Shown one piece after another: positions 18,660-27,296 of a stretch of DNA of 64,000 bases. The DNA is taken from contig JAOPVP010000077.1 of NCBI GenBank assembly GCA_025966135.1, positions 3,756-67,755 of the forward strand. Reading direction: 5' to 3'. Position 1 is the first letter of the stretch, and the number at the start of each line of letters is the position of its first letter. The stretch comes from Frankiales bacterium. Its GTDB lineage: Bacteria; Actinomycetota; Actinomycetes; Mycobacteriales; SCTD01. The notes beneath the pieces are model-generated. The model ran no database searches. It was not told the DNA's origin and worked only from the letters and a program-made list of their open reading frames with translations. A program made the position numbers and the translations under genes.

Positions 18660-18843
18660 TTGAGCATCGCTTGACGGCGGGCGAGCTGCCCGACAAGGCG
18701 TTCACCCGCGTCAGTGAAGGCAACCACCGACGGCGTCCCTCCGTGAGCCTTCCGCGTTGGGGATCACCGTCGGCTGGGCGCCTTCCATGGCAGCGATGAC
18801 GGAGTTGGTAGTGCCCAGATCGATGCCGACTGCCTTGGCCATC
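18660..18843 (-). pseudogene. N-terminal fragment of a second dnaK (frameshifted, truncated at about codon 60)
   Basis: '[34 protein letters not shown]', then a frameshift, then '[27 protein letters not shown]'. Its own GAGGAGAG RBS is retained. Homology stops ~40 nt before the poxB RBS. Confidence 0.8.
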
Positions 18844-18875
18844 AAACTCTCCTCTGTGAATCGAGGGGGTTTGCT

Positions 18876-19230
18876 GGCTCTTGGTACTTGAGCGGGGTCC
18901 TCGACCGCTGATGGTTCACGCGGCCCGGAGGGCTGCGCTGTGCAACATGATGCGCCTTTCGTAGTTGGCTTGGTCGCGGAAGCCGCAGGCGACGCGCTTG
19001 ATCTCCTTGATGACGCGGTTGCAGCCCTCGGTCCTGGCGTTGGTGATACCGAGCTCGAGGAACCCTTCGATCTCGATCGTGCCCGCCAGGCGGGTCGTCT
19101 CGGGCATGGACGCGACCGCGCAGGCGGCCAGGAACCGGGTCCGGCGGTGGGCGGACTCGTGCCGGGTGTGGCGGGTCGGGCCGTGCGCGGCGAGCAGCTG
19201 CCGCAGGATCTCCTCGCAGGCCCACGCTGA
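18876..19230 (-). mobile_element. ISL3-family IS remnant: transposase C-terminal ~105 aa plus terminal inverted repeat
   Basis: '[55 protein letters not shown]' is the ISL3 transposase tail (stop at 18916). The outer end starts 'GGCTCTTGGTACTTGAG' at 18876, typical of an ISL3 IR. The 5' two-thirds of the IS is missing. Confidence 0.75.
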
Positions 19231-19332
19231 TCTCGCTGGTCGGGTCGTCGATGGCGACGCAGTTCCGACTTGCTGGTTGACCAACTGGGCGACACGGTCC
19301 ATCTCTCGGAAGGGGTCGAATCGCATGACCAT
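19231..19332 (-). pseudogene. hsp20 (alpha-crystallin small heat-shock protein) N-terminal stub fused in frame to the IS remnant
   Basis: '[25 protein letters not shown]' matches actinobacterial Hsp18/Hsp20 N-termini. The alpha-crystallin domain is absent. Confidence 0.6.
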
Positions 19333-19369
19333 GATCGCTTCTCCTGTTCTTGCGGACGGAGAGTGCGGA

Positions 19370-19809
19370 TTACGCGGACGGGGGTTTCGTCACGTCAGCC
19401 GCCAGGTGAGCGGAGCCGAGGATGCGCCTCGCGTCCGCGTAGTGGCTCTCGTCCACGACGACGTTGTAGGTGGCGGCTTCGAGTCCGGACACGGACGTGA
19501 AGTCGCGTTGGCCCCCTGTCAGGAGGTGGGCCACTGTGCCCCAGACAGCTCCGAAAAGTGCCCCTTGCCGCACACCGACAGGAGGGCCTCCGGCGCCCAG
19601 GGACCGACGATCCAGACCACGAAACCGATGAATAGCCCCAGCCACACCCCCGTTGCCATTCCGGCAAGCGCGGCGCGGCAGACGGTCAGGCGGCCGATCA
19701 CCTTCTCCGTGATGCGGACATCCTGGCCGAGGATGCTCACGTACTAGACGGGGAAATTCGCATCAGCCAGTCGGTCGACGACGCGTCGCGCGGCTAGGTA
19801 ACCTCGCAT
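19370..19809 (-). pseudogene. general-stress-protein (YflT/GSP17M-like N-domain + 2 TM) pseudogene with one nonsense codon and one frameshift
   Basis: From the ATG at 19809: 'MRGYLAARRVVDRLADANFPV*YVSILGQDVRITEKVIGRLT...GPWAPEALLSV', a frameshift near 19565-19572, then 'GALFGAVWGTVAHLLTGGQRDFTSV...YNVVVDE'. The in-frame TAG is at 19744-19746. Confidence 0.65.
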
Positions 19810-19933
19810 AACTACCGATCATCCTGCTCGTAGCGACGTCGGCGTGACTCTGGGTGACCGTTCCTCCAGTACAGTCGGAGTCCGTGGTCTGTCGGGTGCC
19901 TGTCTCGGCCGTTGCAGCCACGCTGGCCAGCCG

Positions 19934-22111
19934 CTAGCGGCCAGGCATCCCCTGAACGTGTGGTTCGCTCCCGGCGTGACGTGAGACCTTGGCTTCGCCT
20001 GCGTCGTGGCTGTTCAGCACGATGCGCGTCATCTCCACACGCGAGTTGATGCCGAGCTTGCGGAAGCTGTGGCGCACGTGCGAGTCGACAGTGTGCGGCG
20101 ACAGGAACAGCCGCTGTGCGGCCTGCCTGGTGGTCAGTCCTTCGGCGATGACGCGAGAGACCCGTTGCTCGGACTCGGTCAGGCTGTCCCAACCACTGAT
20201 CGGTCGCTCCTTGCGACCGCCATGCGAACGGCGCACACCGAGCCGGCGGAGCCTGGCGCGAACGCGAGCGCTGTCGCGGTCGGCAACGACGCCCTGATAG
20301 CGAGCGAGCGCCTCCGCCAGGGCCGATCGTGCTCTTGAGCTGTCGCCTGTCTCGGTGTGCAGACGTCCGGCGTCCTCCCAAGCGGAGGCAGCTGCCCACG
20401 GCTCGGTCTGGATGGCGGCAGCGCGTTCGAGCCCGTCCGCGTCACGGTCGAGGAGGGCCTTCGCGTGGCTGCGAGCCGCGACCGTCGCCGACGCACCTTG
20501 GCTTGCGGTTGCGAGTCGCTCGATCTGATCCACGATCTCGGCAGCCATTGCCTCATCGCCTGCGGCATCAGCGAGCCGGGTCAACCATGCCGCGACGACG
20601 ACCTCGTCGAGAAGGAGGCGGGGTCGCTCCCGGAGCGTTGCGCACAGCTCTCTCGCCGCGGCCAGTGCGGCCGCCGGCCCGTTTTGAGCCTCGGCGACGG
20701 CGAGGCTCACCCACGCCGTGAAGGAGTCGTCCGACCGTCCAGGTGCGACGAGGTCGCGACGGCGCGCCAACAGCTCGCGTGCCATCCGCAGGTCGCCGCC
20801 CATCAGTGCGGCTCTCGCTCGAATGGTCAATGCGTCGGCCGCGAAAACAGTGGTGCCAAGCTGCTCCGCTGCAGCCAGAGCCGATTCAGCCTCGGTGACC
20901 GTCACTCCGAGCCGTCCCGCGGACAGCGCATTTCGCGCGCGAGCAATCGCGAGGCACGGAGCCCAGAGGGCGTCCGTCGTCGCTGTCAGCTCGGCCGTTG
21001 CCGCGTCGATGCAGGTCTGTGCCCCGGAGAGATCGCCCAGGGAGGTATGCATCGCCGCAAGGCTCAAGCGCGGGTGGTGCCCCGCGGACAGGTCTCGGTC
21101 GAGTCGCCGTACGGCGGCAGCCCCCAGCGTGACAGCATCCCCGGTCCGCCCCTGCTCCCAGGCCTGCTCGGCGAGGACGCTCAGCGCGGCCGCCAGGGTG
21201 GCGTCGCTCCCTGACTGTTGATCTCCGGACAGCGTGTCCGCTGCCGATGCGGTTGCAGCTTCCATGTCGTGCGCCAAGAGCTCGCAGACGATCTTCGTCC
21301 GCTGCGCTTGATCTCGAAGGTGGGCCGGCAGCCCTACGACCGACTGCGCCGAGTCGATCTCCTGAGAGGCCGATTCTGGGTCGCCGCGCAGCACCTCCAT
21401 GATCCCGAGAGCCAAGTTCAGCCGGGCGGTCCACTCGTTAGGGCAGTCCCCTCGCCCGAGCGCGTTCCGGGCCAACTCGGTGGCGAGGAGGGGCTGTCCC
21501 GACGCAACGCGAGCCTCGACGACCGCGACGCAGCGCGGGAGCCACTCGCGTGCACCGTCCGTGGTGAGCTCGAGCGCGAGGCTTGCCACGTTGGCCGCCA
21601 CGGCCGGTTCGCGCCACCTCAGTTGTTGCGCCGCCTCGTCGAGCAGCGCAAGACTATGTTTTTGTCCCTCCTGCGCGCCTGTGCAGACATGCCATGCCGC
21701 TTCCTGAGGCCGATCGCCTCGGGTCAGCAGAGCCAGCCCTAGTTCCCGGTGCATGGCGGACCTGAGTGGCTTCGGGATGCTGTTATAGACGGTGGAGTGG
21801 ATCGCGGCGGAACTGAACACAATATCGTCACTCTCGAACCGCACGACCCCTGCGCTGATGGCGTTGTCGAGCAGGGTCAACGCGTGTCCCAGTGACATGT
21901 CGAACATTTCCGCGGCCAGATCCAAGAGGAAGGACTGACCGCCAACGGCAGCAGCGAGAACCGCAGCAGCCTGCAAGAGGTGCTGCGTTTCAAGACCGAG
22001 AGCCCGCGAAGGCTTGGCGCCTTCCTGACGGAACGGTGTGCGTTTGGCGGCATCGGCGGCCGCGTCATCCGAGGAAACGAGGCGCAAACGCGTCGTCGTG
22101 GAGGCTTCCAT
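19934..22111 (-). CDS. large LuxR-family regulator (LAL-like TPR region + C-terminal HTH, no N-terminal P-loop domain)
   Basis: C-terminal 'LTESEQRVSRVIAEGLTTRQAAQRLFLSPHTVDSHVRHSFRKLGINSRVEM'. A long helical-repeat body precedes it. No Walker A anywhere in the ORF. Confidence 0.8.
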   Translation of the reverse strand: MEASTTTRLRLVSSDDAAADAAKRTPFRQEGAKPSRALGLETQHLLQAAAVLAAAVGGQSFLLDLAAEMFDMSLGHALTLLDNAISAGVVRFESDDIVFSSAAIHSTVYNSIPKPLRSAMHRELGLALLTRGDRPQEAAWHVCTGAQEGQKHSLALLDEAAQQLRWREPAVAANVASLALELTTDGAREWLPRCVAVVEARVASGQPLLATELARNALGRGDCPNEWTARLNLALGIMEVLRGDPESASQEIDSAQSVVGLPAHLRDQAQRTKIVCELLAHDMEAATASAADTLSGDQQSGSDATLAAALSVLAEQAWEQGRTGDAVTLGAAAVRRLDRDLSAGHHPRLSLAAMHTSLGDLSGAQTCIDAATAELTATTDALWAPCLAIARARNALSAGRLGVTVTEAESALAAAEQLGTTVFAADALTIRARAALMGGDLRMARELLARRRDLVAPGRSDDSFTAWVSLAVAEAQNGPAAALAAARELCATLRERPRLLLDEVVVAAWLTRLADAAGDEAMAAEIVDQIERLATASQGASATVAARSHAKALLDRDADGLERAAAIQTEPWAAASAWEDAGRLHTETGDSSRARSALAEALARYQGVVADRDSARVRARLRRLGVRRSHGGRKERPISGWDSLTESEQRVSRVIAEGLTTRQAAQRLFLSPHTVDSHVRHSFRKLGINSRVEMTRIVLNSHDAGEAKVSRHAGSEPHVQGMPGR

Positions 22112-22499
22112 GAGGTCTCAACACCTCTCGTTCGCGACGGGTCGTCGCATCCAGAGACGATCCGGCATCCGCAGCGGCGCCGCTTCGTGTCAAGCGGACG
22201 AAATCAAGGATCCAGCCCCGGCCCAGGGCAGCGGCTCCGAGGATCGCGTGGCCGGCGATGATGCTGTCAAGCCGAGAAATGTGGTCACCGTTCGTCCTGG
22301 CAGACCTAGATGCGAGAAGGGACATCGGAGGGCTGACGAAACGAGCCACCAGACGTATGTTGGGGTCACGGGTGCCTGACCGGGCTCGCTGGCCAGGCAT
22401 GTGCATCAGGCCTTCGGGCAGCGCCAGGGTGAAAGGCGGCTCGCCGTGACACCCGCTCCGACACTCCACGCGGCTGCCATGCCGCAAGGTGAAGTCGTC

Positions 22500-24227
22500 A
22501 TGGCTCCATCGAATCCACCGGTCGCCAGCGAGCCCTCATCCGCGCCCGTTGCCAGCGAAGCCGCGCAGTTGATCACAGGCATGCAAGGACTGCTCGTCCT
22601 GTCCATGTTGATGAACGAAAGCGGCGACGAGCGAGCAATCTTGCGCGTCGCCGGCACTGCGGTTCCCTCATTGATCGACGGCCGGTTGCATGGCGTCTAC
22701 CTTCACAAGGGAGGTTGGCAGCCTACGGACGAGGGCGAGCACGTGATGGCGGGGACGGCCGACCTCGAGGCGCAGTTCGCCGTGCTGAGCAGCGCGGGAG
22801 GTGCCATTGCAGTCGTGGGACAGACTTGGGGCTGGGCTTATCCGTTACGCAGCCTCAAGGGTCAGGCCGGATTCTTCGTCGTCAGCGCAATGCGCGAGCC
22901 TCCTCCAGAGCAGCAGTTCCTGCTGCGCGTGTTGGCCCAACAGACCGGCATTGCGCTGAGCAACACCTCGTTGCATACGCGCGAGCGCTCCCGCTCGACC
23001 GAGCTGCGGGAAGCGAACGAGGCCCTCGAGGCGACCGTGGCTGCCTTGCAGCGCAGCACGACCACGCACCGTCGACTGGACCGGGTTGCAGTGGACGGTG
23101 AGGGCATTGCGGGCATCGCTGCAGCGGTGAACGAGCTCACCGGCTATCCGGTCACGGTGGAAGATCCCGCAGGCAACGTCCTGGCCTCCGCCGGCTCGCC
23201 GCCACCATCGGCTGAGGGCTCGGCTGAACTCGCAGCACTGCTCGCGCGGGGACAGAGCGAGGGGCGGCCGGTCTACGGGGACGGCTGGCTCCTGGTCGCC
23301 ATCAGCGCCGGAAGCGAGGTGCTGGGTTCGTTGACCCTCATCGGCCACGCCGGCACGGCGGACGAGCACGAGACAACAGTCCTCGAACATGGTGCAACGC
23401 TGCTCGCCATGGAGATGTCGAAGCTGCAGAGCGTCGTCGAGGTCGAGCTAAGGATCGGTCGCGACGTCGTCGATGAGCTGCTGGTCGACCTGGTTGGCGA
23501 ACACACATTGGCCCGAGCCCAGGCACTGGGCTTCGACACCGACGCGGCGCACCGGGTCGCCGTCGTGAGTGCCGCTCACAAATGGCAGCCTGGTAGGGCT
23601 ACCTACGTGATCAGGCGCATGGGAAGCCTCGTCGGCAAAGGCTCGTTGTTCGCCGAGCACGCCGGCAGCGTCGTGCTCCTGACCGACGTCGACCGAGACT
23701 GGGCCGCGTTGTGCGACGACTTGTGTCACCACGATCCATCCACCGGCTACCGGCTCGGCGTGGGCGGCGTGAGCGAGAACATCTTCGGTCTGCCACGGGC
23801 CTACCACGAGGCCCAGCTCGCCTTGCGGATGTTTGATCTTGCACGGTTGACAGGGGGCGTCACCGTCTTCGACGACATGGGGGTCTTCCGACTACTCGCG
23901 GAGATCCAGGATCGGTCGGCAATCGAGCGTTACGTGCGGACTTGGCTCGGCGCGCTCATCGACTACGACACCCGGCACGGCGGAAGCCTGGTCGAGACCT
24001 TGGGGAGCTATCTGAATCTCGGTGGCAGCTATGACGCAACATCCACCGCCGTCGCCGTACATCGAAGCACGGTCAGGTACCGCCTCCAACGGATCCGGGA
24101 CATCTCAGGTCGCGACCTCAACGACCCCGATGTGCGATTCAACCTCCAGCTGGCCACCCGGGCGCTGGAGACACTGCACGCCGTGGGCGGTGGACTCAGG
24201 CGCAGCACTGAGAATATGGCGCAATGA
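22500..24227 (+). CDS. PucR/CdaR-family transcriptional regulator with N-terminal GAF-like sensor regions
   Basis: C-terminal 'LVETLGSYLNLGGSYDATSTAVAVHRSTVRYRLQRIRDISG' is the PucR HTH. Start chosen at the ATG at 22500 (AAGGTGA upstream); 22401 and 22479 are alternatives. Confidence 0.8.
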   Translation: MAPSNPPVASEPSSAPVASEAAQLITGMQGLLVLSMLMNESGDERAILRVAGTAVPSLIDGRLHGVYLHKGGWQPTDEGEHVMAGTADLEAQFAVLSSAGGAIAVVGQTWGWAYPLRSLKGQAGFFVVSAMREPPPEQQFLLRVLAQQTGIALSNTSLHTRERSRSTELREANEALEATVAALQRSTTTHRRLDRVAVDGEGIAGIAAAVNELTGYPVTVEDPAGNVLASAGSPPPSAEGSAELAALLARGQSEGRPVYGDGWLLVAISAGSEVLGSLTLIGHAGTADEHETTVLEHGATLLAMEMSKLQSVVEVELRIGRDVVDELLVDLVGEHTLARAQALGFDTDAAHRVAVVSAAHKWQPGRATYVIRRMGSLVGKGSLFAEHAGSVVLLTDVDRDWAALCDDLCHHDPSTGYRLGVGGVSENIFGLPRAYHEAQLALRMFDLARLTGGVTVFDDMGVFRLLAEIQDRSAIERYVRTWLGALIDYDTRHGGSLVETLGSYLNLGGSYDATSTAVAVHRSTVRYRLQRIRDISGRDLNDPDVRFNLQLATRALETLHAVGGGLRRSTENMAQ

Positions 24228-24865
24228 GCGACGTGCAACTTGGCGTGCCCGGGATGGATTTCCAGCCTGGGGACCACGTCTGCGCGATGTACATGGGGAC
24301 TCGTCAACGGGATGAGTTCCTGCTCCCGTTCCTGCGCTCCGGGCTGACGGCCGGGGACAAGTGCCTCTGCATCGTCGACTCCTCCGACCCGGGAACGACT
24401 GTGGAGGCGTTGCGCGGCGGCCTGACGGGAATTGATATCGAGGACTGTCTGGCCGCCGGGCAGCTGGAGGTGATCGGTTCGATCGGCACCTACCTCTCGA
24501 GCGGCGCCTTCGTGAAACAGGATGTGCTCGACTTCTGGGAACGCAACCTCGGGCAAGGGCTTGCGACGGGCCGCTACCAGTTCGCGCGGGCCGCGGGCGA
24601 GATGCCCGAGGGGTTGCGCAGGGTGCCGGGGGGCATCCAGGCGTTCATGGACTACGAGGCAGAACTGAACCTGTTCACGAAGAGGCACCCGCAGCAAGTC
24701 CTGCTCTGCATGTACGACCTGGACCTGTTTGGTGGCGGTATCATCGTCGATCTGCTTCCGACGCACTCGAGGCTGCTTCTCGGCGGACTGGTGCTCGACA
24801 ACCCGCACTTCCAGCCCCCGCCCCACCAGGCAGCGAACACCCGTGCATCGAGCTGGCACAGTTAG
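24224..24865 (+). CDS. MEDS-domain (DcmR-like sensory) protein
   Basis: 213 aa. 'GDHVCAMY...FLLPFLRSGLTAGDKCLCIV' and 'VLLCMYDLDLF' fit the MEDS pattern. ATGA overlap with the PucR-family gene. Confidence 0.65.
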   Translation: MSDVQLGVPGMDFQPGDHVCAMYMGTRQRDEFLLPFLRSGLTAGDKCLCIVDSSDPGTTVEALRGGLTGIDIEDCLAAGQLEVIGSIGTYLSSGAFVKQDVLDFWERNLGQGLATGRYQFARAAGEMPEGLRRVPGGIQAFMDYEAELNLFTKRHPQQVLLCMYDLDLFGGGIIVDLLPTHSRLLLGGLVLDNPHFQPPPHQAANTRASSWHS

Positions 24866-24892
24866 GGAAGAGCTGATCTTGCTCGTGCTCGG

Positions 24893-25348
24893 TCACAGCA
24901 GCAGGTCAAACAGTCGCTCGGCTCGTTCCCAATGCGTTGTCTGGGGGTTCTTCAGATCTGGGTCGAGCAACCGCATGGCTCGCGCCAGCGCCACACTCAC
25001 GCCTCCGGCAACAGAGACGAGGCCGTTCCTCGTCTGCTCGCTGTAGTCGAAGTCCGTTGGCGGTAGCGGCGTGATCTCCCGGAGGGCTCTGGTCAGGTCG
25101 ACCTCGGAATCGACCTTTTCGAACTCGTGCAGACAAGCCTGCAACCCCGCGGTGATCGGCAGGTCCCACAACTCGATCAAGTCACGGCCGTTGGCCTTAG
25201 CGACAGCCTCAGCACGAACGACGAGGCTCCGCAGCCGCGCATCGATGAAGTCCTGGTGCCGTTTGATGTCGTTCTTGTCGATGTTGAGACCTGCCGCCGC
25301 CCGGAAGAACCTTTCCCACGTATTCACGGATGTCACGGCCAACGTCAT
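24893..25348 (-). CDS. DUF1931-like (histone-fold-like) protein
   Basis: 151 aa from the internal ATG (GAGGA upstream). 'WERFFRAAAGLNIDKNDIKRHQDFI...AKANGRDLIELWDLPIT...KNPQTTHWERAERLFDLLL' matches my recollection of DUF1931 proteins. Confidence 0.6.
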   Translation of the reverse strand: MTLAVTSVNTWERFFRAAAGLNIDKNDIKRHQDFIDARLRSLVVRAEAVAKANGRDLIELWDLPITAGLQACLHEFEKVDSEVDLTRALREITPLPPTDFDYSEQTRNGLVSVAGGVSVALARAMRLLDPDLKNPQTTHWERAERLFDLLL

Positions 25349-25499
25349 CGCCGTCCTCACGTCAAGACCAGGTGCGGCGCCGACTCCGCGCCACCTCTCA
25401 GTGTCGCCTCCGACCCACCGCGCATGCATCCCCGAAAGCCGTGACTGCGATGATCCCCTCAGTCTTCACTCGGCCTCAAGGCGAGCGAGTGACACCAGC

Positions 25500-25967
25500 T
25501 CAGTCGGTGCGTTCCGATTCGACCGAAGCGTCGAGGTAGAGAGTCAGATCGCTGTCCGCACGGGGATCCGCACGCAACCAGCGGGCCATGCCGGCTGGGT
25601 CCCGCGCTTCGAGAGCGTCACGGTCGACCTGCCGGGCCTGGCTGATGCGGGCCAACTGGAGCGGGATGGTGGATATCTGGGTCGCCGTATAGCTGCTAGA
25701 CCAGGCACGACATGGCTCCGAGGTGCTCAGCGATTCTCCAGATGCCGTCTCGTGATCCGCGTTGTTGCACTCGCGAACACGCAGCTCGTTCGTGGCGTTC
25801 GTGGCGTCGTCAGCGGCGTCGAAGAACGAGATCCGCCACCACAAGCAGCTGCACCGAGAATAGTTCCTCCGCGACGTACATCCACCCAACTGTGACTTCA
25901 CCGCCGCCCGTGCGCAGTGCAACAACCCCGGCACTAGCTCACACACCGCCATCGCGTCCTGGTTCAT
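25500..25967 (-). CDS. hypothetical protein (no recognisable domain; Cys-rich N-terminal half)
   Basis: 155-aa ORF with GGGAGGG just upstream of the ATG. It starts 15 nt after the upstream stop, in the same orientation as its neighbours. Confidence 0.45.
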   Translation of the reverse strand: MNQDAMAVCELVPGLLHCARAAVKSQLGGCTSRRNYSRCSCLWWRISFFDAADDATNATNELRVRECNNADHETASGESLSTSEPCRAWSSSYTATQISTIPLQLARISQARQVDRDALEARDPAGMARWLRADPRADSDLTLYLDASVESERTD

Positions 25968-25982
25968 GACCCTCCCGCCTCA

Positions 25983-26384
25983 TCACGTGAATGCGGCGCC
26001 CGACTGCGGCCGCGCGCGCCCGTTCTCCGGCGCGTGCATCATCTCTTCTAGTCTCCGGTGCAAGTGGGCGGCAGCAAGTTCGATGTCGGCGCACTTGCGC
26101 TGACCAGCGCGGGACTCTACGGCGAGGACGCCGCATAAGTGCAGCTGCTCGAAGTCGCCGTACGGAAACTTGTAGTGGGACTTGGTTTCGGCGCCGTACC
26201 GGTCGTCGATGCCGAGGTACCAACGGCCGTATTCGGCGAAACCTCCCCGGGCGATGTAGTCGTTCTCCTGCTCAGTAGATGGCCGGTGTTCGCTCCACGC
26301 GTCGCGCTCATCGAGGACGATTCGGCCATCCTCGATCAGGTCGCGGGCAAAGATGTAGGCCCGCCCATTCAACGTCACTGACAC
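25983..26384 (-). CDS. uncharacterised conserved small protein, paralog A ('HYKFPYGDF' family)
   Basis: 133 aa from the GTG at 26384 (GAGAGG upstream). 80/118 residues are identical to the product of 39078..39470 by hand alignment ('WSEHRPS..QEN.YI', 'EYGRWYLG', 'TKSHYKFPYGDFE', 'ESRAGQRK'). Confidence 0.65.
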   Translation of the reverse strand: MSVTLNGRAYIFARDLIEDGRIVLDERDAWSEHRPSTEQENDYIARGGFAEYGRWYLGIDDRYGAETKSHYKFPYGDFEQLHLCGVLAVESRAGQRKCADIELAAAHLHRRLEEMMHAPENGRARPQSGAAFT

Positions 26385-26726
26385 GGCGATGCCTCTCTGC
26401 AGCCATTGCTGCCAAGGATCCGGCGAAGTCCTCGTTCCGGCATCCCGGATACCGATGCATGTTCTTGTTCCGTGCGCGCGGGACGCATACGGCAGCCCCC
26501 GAGCACGTGTTCTGGTGGGAGCGCTCGCAGCCACGGCCTTGCTGCACGTCCTGCTTCTCGCCGTGCCCTATCCCCTGCGGTTCTTCAATGGATCGTTGCA
26601 CTCGCGACAATGGCCGCCGCCACCGTCGCCTCCACCCGACCGGGAGACACCGCCGACCAGGTCGCAGCAGTGGCCATTACTGCGCCCATCGGCATCGTGC
26701 GATCGTGAGGAACTGTTCGTAGTCCA

Positions 26727-27296
26727 TCAGGACGTTGGTTGTTGCTTGATGGCCGACACCTCGATCTCGAGGTTCACCTTGTCGCTTACCAGCAAGCCGC
26801 CGGCCTCCAGCGGGGCGTTCCACGCCACGCCCCAATCCTTGCGATTGAGTGTGCAAGATCCCTCAAACCCCGCACGAACGTTGCCGAAAGGGTCGACCGC
26901 GACGCCGGTGAACACGAAGTCGACTGTTATGGGGCAGGTCGTTCCCTTGATGGTGAGGTCACCGGTCATCTTGTAGTGCTTGTCGTCGATCTTCTCGACG
27001 GCAGTGCTGTGAAACGTGATCTGGGGGTGGTGCTCCATGTCGAGAAAGTCGTTGCTGCGCAGGTGCGCATCCCGGTCCGCGTTGCCGGTGTCGATGCTCC
27101 TGGCCTCGATCACCACCGACGCAGTGGACCGCTCGGGGTGCGCAGCGTCGAGATGAGCGTTGCCCTCGAACTCCCGGAAACGGCCGCGTACTTTGGTCAC
27201 CATGGCGTGACGAGCTACGAACCCCAGTTGGGTGTGGGCAACGTCGAGGACGTAGTCACCGCTGAGATCGATCGCTGGCGATGTCGAAGTGGTCAT
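26727..27296 (-). CDS. YceI-family polyisoprenoid-binding protein
   Basis: 189 aa from the internal ATG (AGGAGA upstream). 'SIDTGNADRDAHLRSNDFLD...ITFHST...GDLTIKGTT' are YceI signatures. Confidence 0.85.
   Translation of the reverse strand: MTTSTSPAIDLSGDYVLDVAHTQLGFVARHAMVTKVRGRFREFEGNAHLDAAHPERSTASVVIEARSIDTGNADRDAHLRSNDFLDMEHHPQITFHSTAVEKIDDKHYKMTGDLTIKGTTCPITVDFVFTGVAVDPFGNVRAGFEGSCTLNRKDWGVAWNAPLEAGGLLVSDKVNLEIEVSAIKQQPTS

Noticed and set aside
22065-22487. 140-aa minus-strand ORF in the LuxR/PucR divergent region, considered as the missing LAL NTPase head.
   Set aside because: It has no Walker motifs, lies in a different frame, overlaps both neighbouring gene starts and has an implausible composition.
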